Source: Chrysomallon squamiferum (lineage: Eukaryota; Animalia; Mollusca). From it: 64,000 bases of DNA. Within the stretch, counting starts at the first letter, position 1. Each line of letters begins with the position of its first letter. Below are positions 54,501 through 64,000 of the stretch, piece by piece. Below the pieces are notes generated by a model that saw nothing but the letters and a program-made list of their open reading frames with translations, was not told where the DNA came from and searched no databases. The stretch is taken from NCBI GenBank assembly GCA_012295275.1, contig CM022666.1:9982001-10046000 (forward strand). Reading direction: 5' to 3'. The translations under genes and the position numbers were made by a program.

Positions 54501-57500
54501 TTTGAATTGTATGCAGTCGTAAAACACAGCATTGAGTGCGTTCTGTTCTGAAGCAGCTCTTTCAACGCTGTTAATGAATAATCTGTAGATCTGATTTAGA
54601 CGATGTGGTGCGTGTTTGTGTTTACTGAGAAGAGACGGATACTTGTCGCAACCGCTCGCATTACGGAACTTTCAATCGTATGCAGTCGTAACACACAGCA
54701 TTGAGTGCGTTCTGTTCTCAAGCAGCTCTTTCATCGCTGTTAATGGATAATCATTAGATCTCATTTAAGTAATGTGGTGCGTGTGTGTGTTTATTTCAGA
54801 AGAGACGAATACCTCTCGCAACCGCTCGCACTACGAAACATTCAATCGTGTGCACACATAACACACAGCATCGAATGCGTTCTGTCCTCAAGCAGCTCTT
54901 TCATCGCTGTTAATGGTTAATCATTTCATCTGATTTAATAAATGTGGTGCGTGTGTGTGTTTATTAACAAGAGACGGAAACTTCTCGCAACCGCTCGCAC
55001 TCCGAAACTTTGAATTGTATGCAGTCGTAACACACAGCATTGAGTGCGTTCTGTTCTGAAGCAGCTCTTTCAACGGTGTTAATGGATAATCTTTAGATCT
55101 GATTTAAGTCATGTGGTGCGTGTGTGTGTTATTTGAAAAGAGACGAGTACCTCTCGCAACCGCTCGCACTACGAAACTTTCAATCGTATGCAGTCGTAAA
55201 ACACAGCATAGAGTGCGTACTATTCTCAAGCAGCTCTTTCATCGCTGTTAATGGATAATCATTAGATCTGATTTAAGTCATGTGGTGCGTGTGTGTGTTT
55301 ATTAAGAACAGACTAATACCTCTCGCAACCGCTCGCACTACGAAACTTTCAATCGTATGCAGTCGTAAAACACAGCATTGGGTGCGTACTCTTCTCAAGC
55401 AGCTCTTTCAACGCTGTTAATGAATAATCTGTAGATCTGATTTAGACGATGTGGTGCGTGTTTGTGTTTACTGAGAAGAGACGGATACTTGTCGCAACCG
55501 CTCACACTACGGAACTTTCAATCGTATGCAGTCGTAACACAGAGCAGTGAGTGCGTTCTGTTCTCAAGCAGCTCTTTCATCGCTGTTAATGGATAATCAT
55601 TAGATCTGATTTAAGTGCTGTGGTGCGTGTGTGTGTTTATTGACAAGAGACGAATACCTCCCGCAACCGCGCGCTGTACGAAACATTCAATCGTGTGCAC
55701 ACATAACACACAGCATCGAATGCGTTCTGTGCTCAAGCAGCTCTTTCATCGCTGTTAATGGTTAATCATTACATCTGATTTAAGTGATGTGGTGCGTGTG
55801 TGTGTTTATCGACAAGAGACGTATACCTCTCGGAACCGCGCGCTGTACGAAACATTCAATCGTGTGCACACATAACAGACAGCATCGAATGCGTTCTGTC
55901 TTCAAGCAGCCCTTTCATCGCTGTTAATGGTTAATCATTAGATCTCATTTAAGTGATGTGGTGCGTGTGTGTGTTTAGTAACAAGAGACGGATACTTGTC
56001 GCAACCGCTCGCGCTCCGAAACTTTCAATCGTATGCAGTCATGAGACACAGCATCGAATGCGTTCGTTTCTCAACCAGCTCTTTCGTCGCTGTTAATGGA
56101 TAATCATTAGATCTGATTTAAGTGATGTGGTGCGTGTGTGTGTTTATTAACAAGAGACGAATACCTCTCGCAACCGCTCGCTGTACGAAACATTCAATCG
56201 TATGCAGTCGTAACACACAGCATTGAGTGCGTTCTGTTCTGAAGCAGCTCTTTCAACGGTGTTAATGGATAATCTTTAGATCTGATTTAAGTGATGTGGT
56301 GCGTCTGTGTGTTTATTAACAACAGACGAATACCTCTCGCAACCGCTCGCGGTACGAAACACACAATCGTGTGCACACATAACAGACAGCATTGAATGCG
56401 TTCTGTCCTCAAGCAGCTCTTTCATCGCTGTTAATGGTTAATCATTAGATCTGATTTAGACGATGTGGTGCGTGTGTGTGTTTATTGACAGGAGACGAAT
56501 ACCTCTCGCAACCGCTCGCTGTACGAAACACTGAATCGTGTGCATACATAACAGACACCATCGATTGCGTTCTATCTTCAATCAGCTCTTTCAACGCTGT
56601 TAATGGATAATCATTAGATCTCATTTAAGTAATGTGGTGCGTGTGTGTGTTATTTTAGAAGAGACGGATACTTCTCGCAACCGCTCGCACTACGAAACTT
56701 TCAATCGTATGCAGTCATAAAACACAGCATCGAATGCGTTCTGTTCTCAACCAGCTCTTTCATCGCTGTTAATGGATAATCATTAGATCTCATTTAAGTC
56801 ATGTGGTGCGTGTGTGTGTTTATTAAGAACAGACGAATACCTCTCGCAACCGCTCGCACTACGAAACTTTCAATCGTATGCAGTCGTAACACACAGCATA
56901 GAGTGCGTACTGTTCTCAAGCAGCTCTTTCATCGCTGTTAATGGATAATCATTAGATCTCATTTAAGTGATGTGGTGCGTGTGTGTTATTTTAAGAAGAG
57001 ACGAATACCTCTCGCAACCGCTCGCTCTACGAAACATTCAATCGTGTGCAGTCATAACACACAGCATCGAATGCGTTCTGTTCTCAAGCAGCTCTTTCAT
57101 CGGTGTTAATGGATAATCATTAGATCTCATTTAAGTGATGTGGTGCGTGTGTGTGTTTATTGACAAGAGACGAATACCTCTCGCAACCGCGCGCTGTACG
57201 AAACATTCAATCGTGTGCACACATAACACACAGCATCGAATGCGTTCTGTCTTCAACCAGCTCTTTCAACACTATTAATGAATATTCTGTAGATCTGATT
57301 TAGACGATGTGGTGCGTGTATCTGTTTATTGAGAAGAGACGAATACCTCTCGCAACCGCTCGCTGTACGAAACATTCAATCGTGTGCACACATAACACAC
57401 AGCATCGAATGCGTTCTGTCCTCAAGCAGCTCTTTCATCGCTGTTAATGGTTAATCATTACATCTCATTTAATAAATGTGGTGCGTGTGTGTGTTTATTA

Positions 57501-60500
57501 ACAAGAGACGGAAACTTCTCGCAACCGCTCGCACTCCGAAACTTTGAATTGTATGCAGTCGTAAAACACAGCATTGAGTGCGTTCTGTTCTGAAGCAGCT
57601 CTTTCAACGCTGTTAATGGATAATCTGTAGATCTGATTTAGACGATGTGGTGCGTGTTTGTGTTTACTGAGAAGAGACGGATACTTGTCGCAACCGCTCG
57701 CACTACGAAACTTTCAATCGTATGCAGTCGTAACACACAGCATAGAGTGCGTTCTGTTCTCAAGCAGCTCTTTCATCGCTGTTAATGGATAATCATTAGA
57801 TCTGATTTAAGTCATGTGGTGCGTGTGTGTGTTTATTGACAACAGACGAATACCTCTCGCAACCGCTCGCTGTACGAAACATTCAATCGTGTGCACACAT
57901 AACAGACAGCATCGAATGCGTTCTGTCCTCAAGCAGCTCTTTCATCGCTGTTAATGGATAATCATTAGATCTCATTTAAGTAATGTGGTGCGTGTGTGTG
58001 TTATTTCAGAAGAGACGGATACTTCTCGCCACCGCTCGCACTCCGAAACTTTCAATCGTATGCAGTCGTAAAACACAGCATAGAGTGCGTTCTGTTCTCA
58101 AGCAGCTCTTTCATCGCTGTTAATGGATAATCATTAGATCTCATTTAAGTCATGTGGTGCGTGTGTGTGTTTATTGACAAGAGACGAATACCTCTCGCAA
58201 CCGCTGGCTCTACGAAACACTCAATCGTGTGCACACATAACAGACAGCATCGAATGCGTTCTGTCCTCAAGCAGCCCTTTCATCGCTGTTAATGGTTAAT
58301 CATTAGATCTCATTTAAGTGATGTGGTGCGTGTGTGTGTTTAGTAACAAGAGACGGATACTTGTCGCAACCGCTCGCGCTCCGAAACTTTCAATCGTATG
58401 CAGTCATGAGACACAGCATCGAATGCGTTCGTTTCTCAACCAGCTCTTTCGTCGCTGTTAATGGATAATCATTAGATCTGATTTAAGTGATGTGGTGCGT
58501 GTGTGTGTTTATCGACAAGAGACGTATACCTCTCGCAACCGCTCGCTGTACGAAACATTCAATCGTGTGCACACATAACACACAGCATCGAATGCGTTCT
58601 GTCCTCAAGCAGCTCTTTCATCGCTGTTAATGGTTAATCATTACATCTCATTTAATAAATGTGGTGCGTGTGTGTGTTTATTAACAAGAGACGGAAACTT
58701 CTCGCAACCGCTCGCACTCCGAAACTTTGAATTGTATGCAGTCGTAACACACAGCATTGAGTGCGTTCTGTTCTGAAGCAGCTCTTTCAACGGTGTTAAT
58801 GGATAATCTTTAGATCTGATTTAAGTCATGTGGTGCGTGTGTGTGTTATTTGAGAAGAGACGAGTACCTCTCGCAACCGCTCGCACTACGAAACTTTGAA
58901 TCGTATGCAGTCGTAACACACAGCATAGAGTCCGTTCCGTTCTCAAGCAGCTCTTTCATCGGTGTTAATGGATAATCATTAGATCTCATTTAAGTGATGT
59001 GGTGCGTGTGTGTGTTTATTGTCAAGAGACGAATACCTCTCGCGACCGCTCGCTGTACGAAACATTCAATCGTGTGCACACATAACAGACAGCATCGAAT
59101 GCGTTCTGTCCTCAAGCAGCTCTTTCAACGCTGTTAATGGATAATCATTACATCTCATTTATAAATGTGGTGCGTGTGTGTGTTTATTGACAACAGACGA
59201 ATACCTCTCGCAACCGCTCGCACTACGAAACTTTCAATCGTCTGCAGTCATGAGACACAGCATCGAATGCGTTCTGTTCTCAACCAGCTCTTTCAACGCT
59301 CTTAATGGATAATCATTAGATCTCATTTAAGTGATGTGGTGCGTGTGTGTGTTTATTAACAAGAGACGAATACCTCTCGCAACCGCTCGCTGTACGAAAC
59401 ATTCAATCGTGTGCACACATAACAGACAGCATCGAATGCGTTCTGTCCTCAAGCAGCTCTTTCATCGCTGTTAATGGTTAATCATTAGATCTGATTTAAG
59501 AGATGTGGTGCGTGTGTGTGTTTATTAACAAGAGACGGATACCTCTCGCAACCGCTCGCGCTTCGATTTCAATCGTATGCAGTCATGAGACACAGCATCG
59601 AATGCGTTCTGTTCTCAACCAGCTCTTTCATCGCTGTTAATGGATAATCATTAGATCTGATTTAAGTGATGTGGTGCGTGTGTGTGTTTATTGACAAGAG
59701 ACGAATACCTCTCGCAACCGCTCGCTGTACGAAACATTCAATCGTGTGCACACATAACAGACAGCATCGAATGCGTTCTGTCTTCAATCAGCTCTTTCAA
59801 CGCTGTTAATAGATAATCATTAGATCTCATTTAAGTAATGTGGTGCGTGTGTGTGTTATTTCAGAAGAGACGGATACTTCTCGCAACCGCTCGCACTACG
59901 AAACTTTCAATCGTATGCAGTCGTAACACACAGCATAGAGTGCGTTCTGTTCTCAAGCAGCTCTTTCATCGCTGTTAATGGATAATCATTAGATCTCATT
60001 TAAGTCATGTGGTGCGTGTGTGTGTTTATTAAGAACAGACGAATACCTCTCGCAACCGCTCGCACTACGAAACTTTCAATCGTATGCAGTCGTAACACAC
60101 AGCATAGAGGCGTACTGTTCTCAAGCAGCTGTTTCATCGCTGTTAATGGATAATCATTAGATCTCATTTAAGTAATGTGGTGCGTGTGTGTGTTATTTCA
60201 GAAGAGACGGATACTTCTGGCCACCGCTGGAACTCCGAAAGTTTCAATCGTATGCAGTCGTAACACACAGCATAAAGTGCGTTCCGTTCTCAAGCAGCTC
60301 TTTCATCGCTGTTAATGGATAATCATTAGATCTGATTTAAGTGATGTGGTGCGTGTGTGTGTTTATTGACAAGAGACGAATACCTCTCGCAACCGCTCGC
60401 TGTACGAAACATTCAATCGTGTGCACACATAACACACAGCATCGAATGCGTTCTGTCCTCAAGCAGCTCTTTCATCGCTGTTAATGGTTAATCATTACAT

Positions 60501-63500
60501 CTCATTTAATAAATGTGGTGCGTGTGTGTGTTTATTAACAAGAGACGGATACTTGTCGCAACCGCTCGCACTCCGAAACTTTCAATCGTATGCAGTCATG
60601 AGACACAGCATCGAATGCGTTCTGTTCTCAACCAGCTCTTTCAACGCTGTTAATGGATAATCATTAGATCTGATTTAAGTGATGTGGTGCGTGTGTGTGT
60701 TTATTGACAAGAGACGAATACCTCTCGCAACCGCTCGCTCTACGAAACATTCAATCGTGTGCTCACATAACACACAGCATCGAATGCGTTCTGTCCTCAA
60801 GCAGCTCTTTCATCGCTGTTAATGGTTAATCATTAGATCTCATTTAATAAATGTGGTGCGTGTGTGTTTTATTGACAAGAGACGAATACCTCTCGCAACC
60901 GCTCGCTGTACGAAACACTGAATCGTGTGCAGTACATAACAGACACAGCATCGATTGCGTTCTATCTTCAATCAGCTCTTTCAACGCTGTTAATGGATAA
61001 TCATTAGATCTCATTTAAGTAATGTGGTGCGTGTGTGTGTTATTTCAGAAGAGACGGATACTTCTCGCAACCGCTCGCACTACGAAACTTTCAATCGTAT
61101 GCAGTCGTAAAACACAGCATAGAGTGCGTACTATTCTCAAGCAGCTCTTTCATCGCTGTTAATGGATAATCATTAGATCTGATTTAAGTCATGTGGTGCG
61201 TGTGTGTGTTTATTAAGAACAGACGAATACCTCTCGCAACCGCTCGCACTACGAAACTTTCAATCGTATGCAGTCGTAACACACAGCATCGAATGCGTTC
61301 TGTTCTCAAGCAGCTCTTTCATCGCTGTTAATGGATAATCATTAGATCTCATTTAAGTGATGTGGTGCGTGTGTGTGTTTATTGACAAGAGACGAATACC
61401 TCTCGCAACCGCTGGCTCTACGAAACATTCAATCGTGTGCAGTCGTAACACACAGCATCGAATGCGTTCTGTTCTCAACCAGCTCTTTCATCGCTGTTAA
61501 TGGATAATCATTAGATCTCATTTAAGTCGATGTGGTGCGTGTGTGTGTTTATTGACAAGAGACGAATACCTCTCGCAACCGCTCGCTGTACGAAACATTC
61601 AATCGTGTGCACACATAACACACAGCATCGAATGCGTTCTGTCCTCAAGCAGCTCTTTCATCGCTGTTAGTGGTTAATCATTACATCTCATTTAATAAAT
61701 GTGGTGCGTGTGTGTGTTTATTAACAAGAGACGGAAACTTCTCGCAACCGCTCGCACTCCGAAACTTTGAATTGTATGCAGTCGTAACACACAGCATTGA
61801 GTGCGTTCTGTTCTGAAGCAGCTCTTTCAACGGTGTTAATGGATAATCTTTAGATCTGATTTAAGTCATGTGGTGCGTGTGTGTGTTATTTGAGAAGAGA
61901 CGAGTACCTCTCGCAACCGCTCGCACTACGAAACATTGAATCGTATGCAGTCGTAACACACAGCATACAGTCCGTTCCGTTCTCAAGCAGCTCTTTCATC
62001 GGTGTTAATGGATAATCATTAAATCTCATTTAAGTGATGTGATGCGTGTGTGTGTTTATTGTCAAGAGACGAATACCTCTCGCGACCGCTCGCTGTACGA
62101 AACATTCAATGGTGTGCACACATAACAGACAGCATCGAATGCGATCTGTCCTCAAGCTGCTCTGTCAACGCTCTTAATGGATAATCATTACATCTCAATT
62201 TATAAATGTGGTGCGTGTGTGTGTTTATTGACAACAGACGAATACCTCTCGCAACCGCTCGCACTACGAAACTTTCAATCGTCTGCAGTCATGAGACACA
62301 GCATCGAATGCGTTCTGTTCTCAACCAGCTCTTTCAACGCTCTTAATGGATAATCATTAGATCTCATTTAAGTGATGTGGTACGTGTGTGTGTTTATTAA
62401 CAACAGACGAATACCTCTCGCAACCGCTCGCCGTACGAAACACACAATCGTGTGCACACATAACAGACAGCATTGAATGCGTTCTGTCCTCAAGCAGCTC
62501 TTTCATCGCTGTTAATGGTTAATCATTAGATCTGATTTAGACGATGTGGTGCGTGTGTGTGTTTATTGACAGGAGACGAATACCTCTCGCAACCGCTCGC
62601 TGTACGAAACACTGAATCGTGTGCATACATAACAGACAGCATCGATTACGTTCTATCTTCAATCAGCTCTTTCAACGCTGTTAATAGATAATCATTAGAT
62701 CTCATTTAAGTAATGTGGTGCGTGTGTGTGTTATTTCAGAAGAGACGGATACTTCTCGCCACGGCTCGCATTCCGAAACTTTCAATCGTATGCAGTAGTA
62801 AAACACAGCATAGAGTTCGTACTATTCTCAAGCAGCTCTTTCATCGCTGTTAATGGATAATCATTAGATCTGATTTAAGTCATGTGGTGCGTGTGTGTGT
62901 TTATTAAGAACAGACGAATACCTCTCGCAACCGCTCGCACTACGAAACCTTCAATCGTATGCAGTCGTAACACACAGCATAGAGGCGTACTGTTCTCAAG
63001 CAGCTGTTTCATCGCTGTTAATGGATAATCATTAGATCTCATTTAAGTAATGTGGTGCGTGTGTGTTATTTCAGAAGAGACGGATACTTCTGGCCACCGC
63101 TGGAACTCCGAAAGTTTCAATCGTATGCAGTCGTAACACACAGCATAAAGTGCGTTCCGTTCTCAAGCAGCTCTTTCATCGCTGTTAATAGATAATCATT
63201 AGATCTCATTTAAGTCATGTGGTGCGTGTGTGTGTTTATTGACAAGAGACGAATACCTCTCGCAACCGCTGGCTCTACGAAACACTCAATCGTGTGCACA
63301 CATAACAGACAGCATCGAATGCGTTCTGTCCTCAAGCAGCCCTTTCATCGCTGTTAATGGTTAATCATTAGATCTCATTTAAGTGATGTGGTGCGTGTGT
63401 GTGTTTAGTAACAAGAGACGGATACTTGTCGCAACCGCTCGCGCTCCGAAACTTTCAATCGTATGCAGTCATGAGACACAGCATCGAATGCGTTCGTTTC

Positions 63501-64000
63501 TCAACCAGCTCTTTCGTCGCTGTTAATGGATAATCATTAGATCTGATTTAAGTGATGTGGTGCGTGTGTGTGTTTATCGACAAGAGACGTATACCTCTCG
63601 CAACCGCTCGCTGTACGAAACATTCAATCGTATGCAGTCATAACACACAGCATCGAATGCGTTCTGTTCTCAAGCAGCTCTTTCATCGCTGTTAATGGAT
63701 AATCATTAGATCTGATTTAAGTCATGTGGTGCGTGTGTGTGTTTATTGACAAGAGACGAATACCTCTCGCAACCGCTGGCTCTACGAAACACTCAATCGT
63801 GTGCACACATAACAGACAGCATCGAATGCGTTCTGTCCTCAAGCAGCCCTTTCATCTCTGTTAATGGTTAATCATTAGATCTCATTTAAGTGATGTGGTG
63901 CGTGCGTGTGTTTAGTAACAAGAGACGGATACTTGTCGCAACCGCTCGCGCTCCGAAACTTTCAATCGTATGCAGTCATGAGACACAGCATCGAATGCGT
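51555..64000. repeat. ~169-bp satellite DNA array (~73 monomers, continues beyond the window)
   Basis: atgtggtgcgtgtgtg recurs at 52237, 52406, 52575, 52744 and onward. Monomers are highly similar, with recurring variants. Confidence 0.98.

Noticed and set aside
37160-64000. CRISPR-like repeat/spacer arrays
   Set aside because: Eukaryotic context, no unique spacers and no cas genes; these are tandem repeats.
51555-64000. CENP-B box or RNA gene (tRNA/5S) within the satellite monomer
   Set aside because: No TTCG....A..CGGG motif and no recognisable A/B box or cloverleaf was seen.

Overview
AT-rich animal genomic DNA with spliceosomal introns. A mollusc-like invertebrate is inferred from gene content and style; this is not prokaryotic DNA. 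The window runs from compact genes into satellite DNA. 0-11 kb: three minus-strand spliced genes, namely the 5' part of an SLC16 monocarboxylate transporter, a complete 6-exon N6AMT1/HemK2 and a complete 8-exon SDR resembling bacterial-type D-3-hydroxybutyrate dehydrogenase. 14-37 kb: a mosaic of a fold-back 57-bp minisatellite, a short array of intron-exon cassettes, an unprocessed 3'-partial HSPA14 pseudogene, hAT, FLYWCH/Mutator and LINE relics, and orphan exons. 37-48 kb: an ~11-kb hierarchical tandem array whose monomers each look like one intron plus one exon (branch point, pyrimidine tract, AG, exon, G|GTAAA). After 48 kb: a 42-bp minisatellite, a second fold-back 57-bp block, and from ~51.6 kb to the window end an ~169-bp satellite that may be (peri)centromeric. 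All exon calls and protein identifications were made by eye and from recalled family motifs; no database search was run.
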